Made by a program: the position numbers and the translations under genes
Shown: positions 19,337 to 32,300 of the stretch, in pieces
Layout: every line of letters starts with the position of its first letter
Position numbering within the stretch: position 1 is the first letter of the stretch
Assembly: GCA_963718615.1 (NCBI GenBank)
Contig: OY970368.1
Location: forward strand, 5,248,001 to 5,312,000
Reading direction: 5' to 3'
Length of the DNA stretch: 64,000 bases
Source: an uncultured cyanobacterium
GTDB lineage: Bacteria > Cyanobacteriota > Cyanobacteriia > PCC-9006 > JAAUQQ01
Notes under the pieces: model-generated
What the model was told of the DNA's origin: nothing
What the model saw: the letters and a program-made list of their open reading frames with translations, nothing else
Databases searched by the model: none

Positions 19337-19410
19337 AATTTTGTGATCTGAAATTTTGTGATCTGAAATTTTGTTACCTGGAGTTTTGTTACCTGAAATT
19401 TTGTGAAATC
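19336..19410. repeat. 15-bp tandem repeat, 5 copies (AAATTTTGT(G/T)A(T/C)CTG)
   Basis: Five contiguous units between the HAD stop codon and glgE, with no spacers. Confidence 0.9.
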
Positions 19411-19500
19411 TTTCTTCTGATAGGTGATTGAGACGACGATTAAAAGCGACAGTAACGGGGCGACAATAAGCTTGCAGGCAGAATTTAGGATCACTAAACC

Positions 19501-21474
19501 GTGAAAACGCTACCGAAAGAAGGCCGTAGTCGGGTTGTTATCGAACAGGTGTGGCCACAAATCGATGGCGGACGTTTTCCTGTTAAGCGCGTGCAGGGGG
19601 ACAGTCTCACCGTAGAAGCCAATCTCATCGCCGATGGCCATGATGCTATCGCTGCTGTCATTCGCTATCGGCCAAAGTCTGCCGTTACCTGGCAAGAGGC
19701 TCCCCTCTACAGCCGGATGGATGGTAGCGATCGCTGGTGGGGAACCTTCTCCGTCTCAGAAATTGGTCCCTATCTGTACACCATTCAGGGGTGGATCGAT
19801 CACTTCGCTACCTGGCAACAGGGATTTGTCAAGAAAGCCGCTGCGGACCAAGACCTCACTGTTGAACTTCAACTCGGACGCAGTTTGATTCAGCAAACCC
19901 TTACTCGCTGTCCTGAGCAGAGCGATCGCCATCACTTGGAAGGTTATCTAGCCAAGATCGATGGGTTCAAGCCGGCGGATTCTGGGGCGCTGGTGGAGTT
20001 GCTGAGTGGAGAAGCGGTGCGATCGCTGATGCAGCGCTATCCCGATCGTAGTTTTGCCAGCACCTATGGTCTGGAATTAGAACTTTGGATCGATCGCAAA
20101 CGCGCGGAATTCAGCACCTGGTACGAATTTTTTCCGCGTTCCTGTGGCCAACCCAACCAGCATGGAACGTTTCGAGATGCGATCGAACGGTTGCCCTATG
20201 TTGCTGACATGGGGTTTGATGTGGTGTACTTGCCACCGATTCATCCCATTGGCCAGCAGTTTCGCAAAGGCAAAAACAATGCCGTCGCCGCAGAACCCGA
20301 CGATGTTGGGGTGCCCTGGGGCATTGGCAGTCTTGAAGGGGGACACAAGGCGATTCATCCGGAGTTAGGAACACTGGCCGATTTTCAGGCACTGGTTGCG
20401 GCAGCCCAGGGTCACGGTTTAGAAATTGCGCTGGATCTAGCCTACCAGTGTTCGCCGGACCATCCCTATGTGCGCGAAAATCCGCAGTGGTTTAAGCATC
20501 GACCCGATGGCACCATCCAATACGCCGAAAATCCACCCAAAAAATACCAAGATATCTATCCCCTTGACTTTGAAACCGATGATTGGGAGAACCTTTGGCA
20601 AGAACTGAAAAGTGTTGTGCTCTTCTGGGTGGCTCAAGGGGTCAAAATTTTTCGAGTAGACAATCCCCACACCAAATCCCTAGCCTTTTGGGAATGGGTG
20701 ATTGCTGAAGTCCATGATCAGGATCCAGAGGTGTTGTTCCTGGCGGAAGCCTTTACCCGGCCCACGCTGATGTATCGATTGGCTAAACTTGGCTTTTCCC
20801 AGTCCTACACCTATTTCACTTGGCGCAATCATAAGCAAGAGCTGATTGACTATATGGTCGAGCTCACCCAAACATCCGTTCAGGATTTTTTCCGGCCTAA
20901 TTTCTGGCCGAATACGCCGGATATTTTACATGCCTATTTGCAACAGGGTGGGCGACCGGCCTTTGTGATTCGCTTGGTGCTAGCGGCGACTTTGACCAGC
21001 AACTATGGTATCTATGGACCGGCCTACGAAGTCTGCGAGAATCGGGCTGTTCGTGAAGGCAGTGAAGAGTATTTGAACTCTGAAAAATATCAGCTTCGCA
21101 GTTGGGATTTAGATAGTCCCTACTCCATTCAAGACTTTGTGACTCGGCTTAACTGGGCTAGACGAGAGCATCTTTCGTTACAGACAAACCGTGCTTTAAG
21201 GTTTCATTATGTAAATAATAGTCAAATACTTTGCTACAGCAAGCAAACCTCCGACTATCAAGATGTAATGCTAGTTGTGGTGAGTTTGAATCCCCATGAA
21301 GTGCAGATGGGGTATGTGGATCTTCCCCTCGAATCCCTGGGGCTCGATCCTGCTCGGGAGTATAAACTGCACGATATTCTCAACCTAGAGACCTACACTT
21401 GGTTTGGGGGACATAACTACATCGAACTTCACCCCCATTGGCGACCGGCCCACGTTTTTTGGATAGAACAATAA
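19501..21474 (+). CDS. glgE: Alpha-1,4-glucan:maltose-1-phosphate maltosyltransferase
   Basis: [65 protein letters not shown]. Confidence 0.95.
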   Translation: MKTLPKEGRSRVVIEQVWPQIDGGRFPVKRVQGDSLTVEANLIADGHDAIAAVIRYRPKSAVTWQEAPLYSRMDGSDRWWGTFSVSEIGPYLYTIQGWIDHFATWQQGFVKKAAADQDLTVELQLGRSLIQQTLTRCPEQSDRHHLEGYLAKIDGFKPADSGALVELLSGEAVRSLMQRYPDRSFASTYGLELELWIDRKRAEFSTWYEFFPRSCGQPNQHGTFRDAIERLPYVADMGFDVVYLPPIHPIGQQFRKGKNNAVAAEPDDVGVPWGIGSLEGGHKAIHPELGTLADFQALVAAAQGHGLEIALDLAYQCSPDHPYVRENPQWFKHRPDGTIQYAENPPKKYQDIYPLDFETDDWENLWQELKSVVLFWVAQGVKIFRVDNPHTKSLAFWEWVIAEVHDQDPEVLFLAEAFTRPTLMYRLAKLGFSQSYTYFTWRNHKQELIDYMVELTQTSVQDFFRPNFWPNTPDILHAYLQQGGRPAFVIRLVLAATLTSNYGIYGPAYEVCENRAVREGSEEYLNSEKYQLRSWDLDSPYSIQDFVTRLNWARREHLSLQTNRALRFHYVNNSQILCYSKQTSDYQDVMLVVVSLNPHEVQMGYVDLPLESLGLDPAREYKLHDILNLETYTWFGGHNYIELHPHWRPAHVFWIEQ

Positions 21475-21478
21475 ATTT

Positions 21479-24400
21479 ATGGTATCTGAATCCTCACCCT
21501 TCCTCTCAGACGATCCCCTGTGGTTTAAAGATTCGATCATTTATGAGGTACCGGTACGGGCCTTTGCAGATAGCGATAAAGATGGCATTGGCGACTTTAA
21601 GGGGCTCACGGAAAAGCTCGACTATATTCAAGACCTAGGGGTGACGGCGGTTTGGATTTTACCCTTCTTTCCGTCACCCCTGCGGGACGATGGCTACGAT
21701 ATTGCGGACTACTATAGTGTCAATCCCATTTATGGTACATTAGACGACTTTAAGGAGTTTTTGGATGCGGCGCACGATCGCGGTATTCGCGTCATCATTG
21801 AACTGATTGTTAACCATACCTCCGATCAGCATCCCTGGTTTCAACGAGCGCGTCGGGCCAAACCTGGCTCCACAGAACGGGATTTTTATGTATGGAGCGA
21901 TACCCCGAAAAAATATCCGGATGTGCGCATTATTTTCAAGGATTTTGAAACGTCTAATTGGACCTGGGATCCGATCGCCAATACCTATTACTGGCACCGT
22001 TTCTATTCCCATCAACCTGATATTAACTATGACAATTCAGCGGTTCAAAAGGCCGTTTTTGATGTCATGGATTTTTGGTTGGATTTGGGGGTAGATGGTC
22101 TGCGTTTGGACGCAGTTCCCTATCTCTATGAGCGGGAAGGGACCAACTGTGAAAATTTGCCCGAAACCCACGAGTTTCTCAAAAAACTGCGGACTCATAT
22201 TGACGAGCATTTCCCCAACCGGATGCTTTTAGCAGAGGCGAATCAATGGCCTGAGGATGCGGTGGAATACTATGGCCAAGGCGATGAGTGCCACATGGAT
22301 TTTCATTTTCCGCTGATGCCGCGTCTGTTTATGGCGCTGCAAATGGAAGATAGTTTTCCCATTGTCGATATCCTGCAACAAACGCCGTCCATTCCCGATA
22401 ATTGTCAGTGGGCGTTGTTTTTGCGTAACCATGACGAGCTCACGCTGGAAATGGTGAGCGATGAAGACCGAGACTATATGTATCGGGTTTATGCTCAGGA
22501 TCCGCAGGCACGCATCAATTTGGGCATTCGCCGCCGTCTAGCACCCTTGTTGGGGAACGATCGCCGCCGTATTGAATTGCTCAATGCTTTGCTCATGGCG
22601 TTGCCGGGAACGCCCGTGCTGTATTACGGCGATGAGATTGGCATGGGGGATAACTTTTATTTGGGCGATCGCCACGGCGTCCGAACTCCCATGCAATGGA
22701 GCGCCGATCGCAATGGGGGATTTAGTCAAGCCAACCCGCAAAAACTCTATGCGCCGTTGATTGTCGATCCGGAGTACAACTACGAGACTATTAATGTTGA
22801 AGCCCAGCGCTCCAATCCCAACTCATTGTGGTGGTGGATGAAGCGGTTGATTGCCACCAGAGGCCGGTTTAAGGCCTTTGGGCGGGGCTCGTTTGAGTTT
22901 TTGTATCCTGAAAATCGCAAGGTCCTAGCCTTTACACGCACCTATCAGGGTGAACATATTCTGGTGGTCGCGAATCTGTCCCGCTTTGTGCAAACCGTTG
23001 AGCTGGATATGGGGGCGTTTGTGGGCATGGTTCCCGTTGAAATCTTTGGCCAGGTCAAGTTTCCGGAGATTAGCGATCGCAACTATTTTCTCAGTCTGGG
23101 ACCCTACGCCTTCTATTGGTTTACGCTGGAGGTCTTTGAGAGCGAGACGGTTTTTGGCACCCCTTGGCAAGCTCCCCTGGTGAAAGTTTCCGGCAGGGTG
23201 GAAACACTCTGGACCAAGGCCGAGTCCAGAACGGCGTTGGAAAAGGTTCTGCCCGGTTATTTGATGACCTGTCGCTGGTTTGGGGGAAAAGCTCGCGGCA
23301 TTCAGGCGCTGACACTGGAGGAAGTGATTCCCTTACCGTCCACGGAGCAATCCTCCGATATCAAAGAGCATTATTTGCTGATGCTCAAAGTGGACTATGC
23401 GGAAGGTTTGCCGGAAACCTATTTATTGGCGTTGAGCTACGTAGAGTCGGCGGATACCGATGAAGTTCCGGCCTATGCCGTTGTACGATTGCAAGGCCGA
23501 GGGACGAAGGGCTATTTAGTAGAAGCTTTCCATCAAGAAGCATTTTTGTCGATTCCGCTGCGGGCGATCGCCCAACAAACGCGCTTTAAGGGTCTGGAAG
23601 GTGAACTCGTTGCGACTCAAACTTCTGCCTTTGTCTCGCTCTGTGGCGAAGCCTATGATCCTTCAAAACCCTTGCATTTGCCTGCACAACCAATGCGGGG
23701 AGAGCAAAGCAATTCATCGGTGGTGTATGGCGATCGCCTCATTCTCAAGCTATTTCGTCGGGTCGAAGAAGGGGTGAACCCGGATCTAGAAATCGGTAGC
23801 TTTTTAACCCAACTTTCCGCCAAAAAAGGGCTACCCCGCACAGACAACTTTGCTCCCATTGCAGGTTCCTTGGAATATCGATGTCGTGGTAAGGAACCTA
23901 TAACTTTAGGCTTAATGCAGCGGTTTGTTCCAGATATTCGAGATGCCTGGACGTTTAGTCTAGACAGTTTGCGGGACTGTTTTGATAAGGTTTTAGCCTT
24001 GGATCTGGAGATAGGCGAAATTGCGATCGCTCCGCTGCCGATGGCGGCTATCAGTGGTGAAGTTCCGGCCCTAGCCCTTGAAGTGATGGGGGCATATCTC
24101 AGCAATATGGGATTGCTTGGACAGCGAACTGCCGAGTTGCACATTGCCCTCACGCTAGATTCGGATAATCCATCCTTCCGACCCGAGCCCTTTAATTCCT
24201 TTGACCAACGCTCGGTTTATCAATCGATGCGGAATCTAACCGGTCAATCGTTTATTCTGCTCAAGAAACAGCTAGGGCAGCTTCCGCCAGAGCTGCAAAG
24301 CCTTGGCCAAACTTTACTCAATCATCGTGAGATTCTAATGAGTCGATTTAAGGCTCTCTTAGATTTAAAGATGACCTCGCTACGCACCCGCTGTCATGGT

Positions 24401-24877
24401 GACTATCACCTGGGGCAAGTGCTGTACACCGGTAAGGATTTTGTCATCATCGATTTTGAAGGAGAACCGGCTCGGCCTTTAAGTGAGCGGCGGATGAAGC
24501 GATCGCCCCTACGGGATGTTGCGGGTATGCTGCAATCGTTTTACTACGCCAGCCAAATGGCTCTCCGTAGAGAAGTTGAAACAGGGCTGATTCGCGATGA
24601 AAATTTGCCGTTGATGGAGCAATGGACGCGCTTTTTCTATACTTGGTCTAGTGCTGCGTTCCTCAAGGAATATCTGGCCACAGCAAAGGACGCAGAAACT
24701 GCCTTTTTACCTAAGACGACTCCAGAACTACAGATTCTTCTGGATGCCTATTTGTTAGAAAAGGCGGTGTACGAACTCAGTTATGAACTTAATAACCGAC
24801 CCACATGGGCTGGGATTCCGATGCAGCGTATTTTGGAGTTGCTGGAAGCTGTAAAAATGACCTATTGGCAGCTCTAG
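21479..24877 (+). CDS. treS: Trehalose synthase / maltokinase fusion (TreS-Mak/Pep2)
   Basis: N-terminal GH13 TreS ([35 protein letters not shown]); C-terminal maltokinase ([41 protein letters not shown]). Confidence 0.93.
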   Translation: MVSESSPFLSDDPLWFKDSIIYEVPVRAFADSDKDGIGDFKGLTEKLDYIQDLGVTAVWILPFFPSPLRDDGYDIADYYSVNPIYGTLDDFKEFLDAAHDRGIRVIIELIVNHTSDQHPWFQRARRAKPGSTERDFYVWSDTPKKYPDVRIIFKDFETSNWTWDPIANTYYWHRFYSHQPDINYDNSAVQKAVFDVMDFWLDLGVDGLRLDAVPYLYEREGTNCENLPETHEFLKKLRTHIDEHFPNRMLLAEANQWPEDAVEYYGQGDECHMDFHFPLMPRLFMALQMEDSFPIVDILQQTPSIPDNCQWALFLRNHDELTLEMVSDEDRDYMYRVYAQDPQARINLGIRRRLAPLLGNDRRRIELLNALLMALPGTPVLYYGDEIGMGDNFYLGDRHGVRTPMQWSADRNGGFSQANPQKLYAPLIVDPEYNYETINVEAQRSNPNSLWWWMKRLIATRGRFKAFGRGSFEFLYPENRKVLAFTRTYQGEHILVVANLSRFVQTVELDMGAFVGMVPVEIFGQVKFPEISDRNYFLSLGPYAFYWFTLEVFESETVFGTPWQAPLVKVSGRVETLWTKAESRTALEKVLPGYLMTCRWFGGKARGIQALTLEEVIPLPSTEQSSDIKEHYLLMLKVDYAEGLPETYLLALSYVESADTDEVPAYAVVRLQGRGTKGYLVEAFHQEAFLSIPLRAIAQQTRFKGLEGELVATQTSAFVSLCGEAYDPSKPLHLPAQPMRGEQSNSSVVYGDRLILKLFRRVEEGVNPDLEIGSFLTQLSAKKGLPRTDNFAPIAGSLEYRCRGKEPITLGLMQRFVPDIRDAWTFSLDSLRDCFDKVLALDLEIGEIAIAPLPMAAISGEVPALALEVMGAYLSNMGLLGQRTAELHIALTLDSDNPSFRPEPFNSFDQRSVYQSMRNLTGQSFILLKKQLGQLPPELQSLGQTLLNHREILMSRFKALLDLKMTSLRTRCHGDYHLGQVLYTGKDFVIIDFEGEPARPLSERRMKRSPLRDVAGMLQSFYYASQMALRREVETGLIRDENLPLMEQWTRFFYTWSSAAFLKEYLATAKDAETAFLPKTTPELQILLDAYLLEKAVYELSYELNNRPTWAGIPMQRILELLEAVKMTYWQL

Positions 24878-24893
24878 ATAGGGTTGAGACCTA

Positions 24894-24926
24894 GAGAAAC
24901 AGGTTACTTCTAGTAGCCTGTTTCTC
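24894..24926 (+). terminator. Stem-loop after treS-mak
   Basis: GAGAAACAGGTTAC-ttcta-GTAGCCTGTTTCTC followed by a T-rich tract. Confidence 0.7.
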
Positions 24927-24993
24927 CTGTGGTTCTCTTTTACTTAAATCTCTTTCCCTTGGTAGAGAGGCTTCGGGTAAGACGACTGTAAAA

Positions 24994-26679
24994 ATGTTGT
25001 CAGGCACTTTAGACATCTTCCCCATGGAAAGTTCTATCGAATTTAAGCTGTTCGCTCCTTACAACTCAGCAGCTTTTCTAAAAGGATGCTTTTCTGATTG
25101 GCAAGATCTTCCCATGGAAAAGGATTCAGATGGCTACTTTCGTGTCAATGTTGGTCTAGGAGATGGTGTTTATTACTATAAGTTTTGCCTTCAGTCTCAG
25201 TCTTGGTTTTTGGCAGAAAATTCCTGGGTTGAAATTACCGATCCTTACGCCACCGAGATTGACGATGCGACTCAGAATAGCGTTTTGAGGATAAAGGAGG
25301 GCGATCGCATCATCGACACCTACCTATGGCAGCATGATGACCAGCCATTACCTGCGGACGATGAGCTGGTGATTTATGAGCTTCATGTGGGTGACTTTTC
25401 CGGTGGCGAAGCCGATCGGTGGGCACGGGGGCAATTTAGACATGTGCTTGAAAAGCTCGATTATCTCTGCGATTTAGGGATTAACGCGATCGAGCTCATG
25501 CCGATCAACGAATATCCAGGAGACCACAGTTGGGGATACAATCCTCGTCATTTCTTCGCTGTAGAGTCCAGCTACGGCTCAACTACGGATCTAAAACGAT
25601 TAATTGACGAATGCCATGGAAGAGGGATTCGGGTTTTCCTTGATGGGGTCTATAACCATAGTGAATCTGAGTGTCCGCTGACAAAAATTGACTCTGATTA
25701 TTGGTTCCACCACGAAGCTCGGGATCCAGATAACTACTGGGGACCGGAATTTAATTATGATCTTTATGATGAGTCATTAAAGATATATCCTGCCCGGAGT
25801 TTTATTCGCGATGTAGTTTGCTTTTGGATTAAGGAATATCACATTGATGGCATTCGCTACGATGCTGTTAAACAAATTGATAACTATGATGTTCTCCACC
25901 ACCTAGCGGCGGAAACCAAGAAAACTGCAGGATTAAAACCCTTCTTCAATATTGCCGAGCATATTCCAGATACACCAAAAATTACCAATCTCGAAGGCCC
26001 TATGGATGCCTGTTGGCATGATACGTTTTATCATACGCTGACTGACTACTTATGCCAAAATCAATTGGATTGGGAGCAGTTCAAAGCCATTCTCGAACCT
26101 CGGCGACGGGGCTATATGGGCGTTACTAATATTGTTAACTATTTGACCAATCATGATCATAATCATCTCATGGCTGAACTCGGAGATCATGAGATTTTTG
26201 CAGCAGCAGCCTTTAAGCGAGTCAAGTTGGGAGCCGTTCTTTTATTTACCGCTGTAGGTGTGCCGATGGTGTGGATGGGGGAAGAGTTTGGGGAGTATAA
26301 GCCTAAAACAATTGAACAGGCTAAACTCGACTGGCTGTTGTTAGGAAATGCAGACAACGAGGAGTTGTTTCAGTTTTATCGAGGGCTGGTCCATTTACGT
26401 CGGGAGAATCATGCTTTGCGATCGCCCAACATCGACTTTTTCCACGAAGACCCCGACTACCGCGTTTTAGCATTTGTCCGCTGGGATAGCGAGGGTTCAC
26501 GGGTGGTCGTCATTGCTAACCTTTCAAATCAATTTTTGGCGGACTACTGCGTCTCGCATTTCCCAGCCGTCGGTCGATGGCATGAGTGGACGAGTGACTA
26601 TGATCTACAAGCCGAGGCAGATCAGCTGTACCTTGATTTACCCGCATGTGAGGCTAAAGTCCTGGTTTTTTCTAACTAA
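24994..26679 (+). CDS. GH13 alpha-amylase-family glycosidase with N-terminal CBM48-like domain
   Basis: FKLFAP...DPYA, YELHVGDF, ELMP, WGYNP, DGVYNH, DGIRYDA, NHD. Start could be ATG 25024. Confidence 0.88.
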   Translation: MLSGTLDIFPMESSIEFKLFAPYNSAAFLKGCFSDWQDLPMEKDSDGYFRVNVGLGDGVYYYKFCLQSQSWFLAENSWVEITDPYATEIDDATQNSVLRIKEGDRIIDTYLWQHDDQPLPADDELVIYELHVGDFSGGEADRWARGQFRHVLEKLDYLCDLGINAIELMPINEYPGDHSWGYNPRHFFAVESSYGSTTDLKRLIDECHGRGIRVFLDGVYNHSESECPLTKIDSDYWFHHEARDPDNYWGPEFNYDLYDESLKIYPARSFIRDVVCFWIKEYHIDGIRYDAVKQIDNYDVLHHLAAETKKTAGLKPFFNIAEHIPDTPKITNLEGPMDACWHDTFYHTLTDYLCQNQLDWEQFKAILEPRRRGYMGVTNIVNYLTNHDHNHLMAELGDHEIFAAAAFKRVKLGAVLLFTAVGVPMVWMGEEFGEYKPKTIEQAKLDWLLLGNADNEELFQFYRGLVHLRRENHALRSPNIDFFHEDPDYRVLAFVRWDSEGSRVVVIANLSNQFLADYCVSHFPAVGRWHEWTSDYDLQAEADQLYLDLPACEAKVLVFSN

Positions 26680-26806
26680 AGGTCCGCTACGGCTTGATTT
26701 TAAGGCTTATCTAGCATCTATTTTGCCAAATGGTTCGGTATCCAGAACCTAGTCTAGCTGAAAGTCGGTCTACACTAGAGACGTTCAAGGTGTCGGAGAA
26801 GCGTCC

Positions 26807-28960
26807 ATGTATCTGTCTCTATGGCCTGGAAAACCCTATCCCTTGGGTGCTGCTTGGGATGGCAAGGGCACAAACTTTGCCATTTTTTCAGAACATGCCA
26901 CGGGGGTTGATCTCTGCCTGTTCGATAAACGAGGGCGAGAAACACGTCTGCCTTTGAATGAGGTGACCAATTTTGTATGGCACGGCTATGTGCCTTCTGT
27001 GGGGCCGGGACAGCGCTACGGTTTTCGAGTCCATGGACCCTTTTCACCGGAGGAGGGCCATCGTTTCAACCCTCACAAATTACTGATCGATCCCTATGCC
27101 AAGGCCCTAGATGGCGATATTGCCTTTTCGGAGGAGATCTTTGGCTATCGCTGGAATGATCCCAAAGAAGATCTCGGATTTTCAGAATTAGATAGTGCGC
27201 CCTACGTACCCAAAGCTTTAGTTGTAGATGAATCTTTTGACTGGGAAGGGGACGAACGGCTGCAATTACCCTGGTACGAGACCGTTATTTATGAAACCCA
27301 TGTTCGTGGTTTCACTAAACTCCATCCAGAAATCCCCCGAAAATTGCGAGGAACCTATGCTGGACTCGCCCACCCCGCTTCTATTTCCCATCTCCAATCC
27401 TTGGGCATTACTGCGGTTGAGTTGATGCCCATTCATCATTTTCTCAGTCAACCAGGACATCTTGCTAATCAGGGTCTACGCAACTATTGGGGATATGACT
27501 CGATCGCCTTTTTGGCCCCCCATGCGGCCTATTGTTCGACCACGACTCCGGGTCGGCAGGTACAAGAATTTAAGGAGATGGTGAAAGCGCTGCACAAAGC
27601 GGGAATTGAAGTGATTTTGGACGTGGTTTATAACCATACGGGCGAAGGCAATCACATGGGGCCAACCCTCTCACTGCGAGGGATTGACAATGCGGCTTAC
27701 TATCGGCTGCTGGATGGTGATCCGCGTTACTACATGGATTATACGGGCTGCGGCAACTCGCTCAATGCGCGCAACCCTCAGGGGCTCAAGCTGATTATGG
27801 ATAGCCTACGCTACTGGGTGCTGGAAATGCATGTGGATGGCTTCCGATTTGACCTTGCTTCGGCTCTGGCTCGGGAATTACATGCGGTTGATCGGCTATC
27901 AGCTTTCTTTGATATTATTCACCAGGATCCAGTCCTTGCCGATGTGAAGCTGATTGCAGAACCTTGGGATGTGGGAGAAGGGGGCTATCAGGTGGGTGGT
28001 TTCCCATTACTGTGGTCGGAATGGAACGGTAAGTATCGGGATACTGTTCGTGATTTCTGGCGGGGTGAAGACAGTCGTCTAGCAGAGTTTGCCTATCGTT
28101 TTACCGGTAGCTCAGATCTATATATGAGTAATGGCCGTAGCCCCCATGCCAGCATTAATTTCATCACGGCTCATGATGGATTTACGCTCAATGATCTCGT
28201 TAGCTATAATCACAAACATAATGATGCCAATGGCGAAGGTAATCGCGATGGAGATGATCATAATCGCTCTTGGAATTGTGGGGTTGAAGGCGAAACTAAT
28301 GATTCCAAAGTTCTAAAGTTGCGAGAACGACAGCGTCGAAATTTTCTGGCAACTATGTTTTTATCCCAAGGAATTCCGATGTTACTGAGCGGCGACGAAA
28401 TGGGGCGCACTCAACAAGGAAATAACAATCCTTACTGTCAGGATAACGAAACTTCTTGGTTAGATTGGGAGTTACAAGAAGAAAACGAAGCGTTCTTAGA
28501 CTTTACGCGGCAACTCATTGACTTTCGACGACAGCATCCGATTTTTCGGCGTCGTAAATGGTTTATGGGTCGTGCGATTCATGGTTCTGGGGTGCATGAT
28601 ATCGGTTGGTTCAATCCCGACGGTCATGAAATGACTGAAAAGCAGTGGAATGACGGCCTGACCAAGGCGATTAGCATTTTCCTCAATGGGGAAGAGATTG
28701 CAACCTTGGGTACCCGAGGCGAGCGCGTTATTGATGACAGTTTTCTGATTTTATTTAATGCCCATTACGAGATGCTGGAGTTTGTCCTGCCGGAGGGCTT
28801 GCAAAAGTGGGAATGGGTAGTTCAGATCGATACAACGCGGCCTCGATTTGTACGGCGGGGGCGGCGATATCAGGAAGATAAAGGGATTACGGTGGAGGGG
28901 CGATCGCTCATGCTTCTCCAGCGGTTGGGCCGGATTGCATCGACGGAGGATGAGGATTAG
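26807..28960 (+). CDS. glgX: Glycogen debranching enzyme
   Basis: PYPLGA.WDG.GTNFA, NYWGY, DVVYNHT.EG, DGFRFDLA, KLIAEPWD, NFITAHDGFTL, NNPYCQDNE. Confidence 0.95.
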   Translation: MYLSLWPGKPYPLGAAWDGKGTNFAIFSEHATGVDLCLFDKRGRETRLPLNEVTNFVWHGYVPSVGPGQRYGFRVHGPFSPEEGHRFNPHKLLIDPYAKALDGDIAFSEEIFGYRWNDPKEDLGFSELDSAPYVPKALVVDESFDWEGDERLQLPWYETVIYETHVRGFTKLHPEIPRKLRGTYAGLAHPASISHLQSLGITAVELMPIHHFLSQPGHLANQGLRNYWGYDSIAFLAPHAAYCSTTTPGRQVQEFKEMVKALHKAGIEVILDVVYNHTGEGNHMGPTLSLRGIDNAAYYRLLDGDPRYYMDYTGCGNSLNARNPQGLKLIMDSLRYWVLEMHVDGFRFDLASALARELHAVDRLSAFFDIIHQDPVLADVKLIAEPWDVGEGGYQVGGFPLLWSEWNGKYRDTVRDFWRGEDSRLAEFAYRFTGSSDLYMSNGRSPHASINFITAHDGFTLNDLVSYNHKHNDANGEGNRDGDDHNRSWNCGVEGETNDSKVLKLRERQRRNFLATMFLSQGIPMLLSGDEMGRTQQGNNNPYCQDNETSWLDWELQEENEAFLDFTRQLIDFRRQHPIFRRRKWFMGRAIHGSGVHDIGWFNPDGHEMTEKQWNDGLTKAISIFLNGEEIATLGTRGERVIDDSFLILFNAHYEMLEFVLPEGLQKWEWVVQIDTTRPRFVRRGRRYQEDKGITVEGRSLMLLQRLGRIASTEDED

Positions 28961-29324
28961 TCGAAATTTTCTAGCTTTGGGGTGAATCCGAGGCCGGGAT
29001 CTGCGGAGACTTTTGCCGTTGTACTGTCGTAATTTTGCGATCGCCCCCTCGGTTTTTATCCAAGTAGTATTTCAGAGAACATAGAAACTCCAGAGATGAG
29101 ACAGCAGGTTCTCGGAATCTCGACCAAGCTGAGCATTCCAGTTTTGGAAAAATCTCGACAAGACTACCGAGACGAGCGAGATTTAAGTTGATGTCTGAGA
29201 AAAAATCAAGATTAATGAGACATAGGGATAAAGCTTTGATAAATGGCGCGGTTCTCGGTTCTACTTTGCCGTAATCCGCCGTTATGACAGAGAAGTTAGT
29301 CTCGTACTTCTTGCTTGTCCTACT

Positions 29325-32300
29325 ATGTCTTTCTCCGCTGCCAACGGTGCTCAGAATGCTTTTACCCCGCTGTCTGCTGCGTTTGCAATTGGGGCAGAAC
29401 TGGAGCCTCGCGATCGGAGCCTGAACGGCCTCGGGGGAAATGTCGATGAATTGCTGGGTCTGGCGGTACAACAGTCCTACAGCGCATTGGTGGCGTTTGC
29501 GCAGCGCCAGGATTTTGAGCAGCAGATGCAAGTTGCCTTTGGCGCGGCATATGACCGGGAACAGGCGGGGCAATTTTTCGCAACCTTGGACAAAGTGGGT
29601 TTAGAGGCTTTGCCCCGGTTGGAGGTGCTGGAGGACGAGATTCTCCAGGGGGCCTTGGGAGTCTATGCAAAGGATGTGGATACGGTCTATGTATCGCGGG
29701 ATTTTGTTGAGTCAGCAAGTATTGATCAGTTGACGGGGGTTTTGTTAGAAGAGTTTGGCCATGGGATTGATGCGCGGATTAACCAAAGCGATGCGGCGGG
29801 GGATGAGGGAGATATTTTCTCGCGGTTGGTGTTGGGGAAAGGGATTGCTGAAGGGGAGTTGCGATCGATCAAGGCCGAAGACGACTCCAGCCAGATCACG
29901 GTGAATGGCAAACTGCTGGCTGTGGAGCAGGCTCAGCAGGATTTTGATGGGGATGGCAAGGCAGACCTGTTTTGGCGTAATGAAAAGACCGGGGCAAATA
30001 AGATTGCCTTTAGCTATGGCACGAATGCAGAAACTGAGACAAACATCTTGGCTCTGAGTGACACGCAGTGGAAAGTTGCTGGAACGGGCGATTTTGATGG
30101 CGATGGGAAAAGTGATATTCTCTGGCGTCACTATGGCAGGGGTGAAAACCAAATTTGGTTTATGAATGGCTCGGTGCGCAAGGCTGAGCAGAAGTTGATG
30201 AGTATTGGGGATGTGAATTGGGCGATCGCCGGAACCAATGATTTTAATGGAGATAATAAGACGGATATTGTCTGGAGAAATGAGCAGACTGGGCAAAATT
30301 TGGTTTGGTATATGAATGGGGCTGTGCCTCAGAAGGCTGAGAATTTGCAGGCAGTGACGGGGAAGGGGTGGGCGATCGCCGCCACCGCCGACTTCAACAA
30401 TGACAATCAAACTGATATTCTTTGGCGTCACCAAGAGTCAGATCAAAATGTGTTGTGGCTAATGAATGGCAAGGAATGTACAGAGACAAAATTACTGCCC
30501 CAGCTCGGAAAAAGTACGCTGCGGATTGAGGGAACAAGTGATTTTAATCAGGATGGTCAGATGGATCTCCTGGTGCGTGATGATAGTACAGGACAGCAGA
30601 CTACTTGGCTAATGAATGGGGGGAGTACAGAAGTTTCCAGCAAGATTACGATTGGCACGGCTGCTGGTCAAGGCTGGTCATCTTTAATGCAGTCTCACAA
30701 TATCAAGGCTGGCAATTCTGATACAGTGCAGATTAAGAATGGATTTCAAATTGAAATTGACTATAGTTTTGATACAAAAGGATGGTTTACAGCGGAACGC
30801 AAAAAAACCTTAGAGGATGCGGCAAAAATCTGGTCTTCTATTATTCAGGATGAATTTGAAAACACACCGGTTGGGTATAAAATCTGGGTACAAAATCCTG
30901 AAACAGGAATAGCTCAGGATGTCATTGTCGATCGTCCTATTGATGACATCAGAATTTATGTTGGAGCGAGACAACTAGGAGACTCTGTTCTAGGGCGTGG
31001 AGGTGCAGCAGGCTACCAAGAAACACGCTATACCGGAAATGACTTTGAGCCTCGTAGCGGAATGGTTGTTTTTGATGAGGATTCAAATTGGTTCTTTGAA
31101 AGTAACTGGAAAACAAATAATGTTGTTCCCGTAGGAAAATCAGATTTCTTGTCTGTTGCGCTTCATGAGATAGCACATGCTTTAGGCTTTAGCCAGGGAA
31201 CAGATGCCTTTGAACGCTTGACTCAAAATGGCTATTTCATTGGTGAAAATGCAAAACGAGAGAACAATGGACAATCGGTTGCTCTATCAGGTGACCTAAG
31301 CCATATTGAACCTTCAGGAGGAGCTGTAATTGGTGTAGTTGAGGAGTTGATGGATCCATCAACTATGTCTGGCACAAGAAGTTTGCCCTCTCGTTTGGAT
31401 GCTGCAATCCTAGATGATATTGGCTATGAAATTGACTACAATGCGATCTCTGCTCTAATTAATCCGATCCAACCGAAGATCACGATTACTTCTCCAAATG
31501 GGGGAAATCAGCTTACTGCTGGTTCCACATACTCAATCACATGGGCTGACAACCTTGGCGAGAATGTCAGCATCGGTCTTTACAAAGGTGCTACCAAAGT
31601 ACAAACACTATTTACCTCTACCGCCAGTGACGGTAGCGAATCCTGGATTGTGCCCAGCAATCTAGTGGCGGGAAATGATTACAAGCTAAGAATTTCCAAC
31701 GTCAATAATAGTCAGATTTTTGATGAAAGTGACAGTTTCTTTAGTATCACAGCTTCTCCAAAGCCAGATTTGGTTGTACAGAATCCCTCGGCACTCTCTT
31801 CGGTCACAGTCGGTGACTCAATCACAATAGGCGCTTCTACTCAGAATATTGGCAACACGATTGCAGGCACTAGTACAATCCGTTACTGGCTATCCAATGA
31901 TACTTTGCTATCGAGTGATGACATTTCATTAGGTAGCGACCCTGTCGGGGGACTTGGAATTAACGGAAGTGAAGCAGATACCCATACCTTTACTTATAGC
32001 GAGAGCTGGGGAACGGGAATGAAGTATCTCTTGTTTGAAGCTGACGGATTCAAGTCTGTCTTAGAAAGCAACGAGAACAACAATGTGACGGCTCGATCCA
32101 TCACGATTCAACCCAAGCCCTATGTCAGAATTACTTCACCCAATGGAGGAAATCAGCTTACTGCTGGTTCCACATACTCAATCACATGGGCTGACAATAT
32201 TAGTGAAAATGTCAGCATTGATCTGTACAAAGGTAGCACCAAAGTACAAACACTGTTTACTTCTACAGCCAGTGACGGTAGCGAATCCTGGACTGTGCCG

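Noticed and set aside
19336-19410. Possible CRISPR array
   Set aside because: Units are 15 bp and contiguous with no unique spacers; no cas genes in the window.
28971-29573. 200-aa minus-strand ORF between glgX and the large gene
   Set aside because: No recognisable motifs, partly antisense to the 1779-aa gene; likely spurious.
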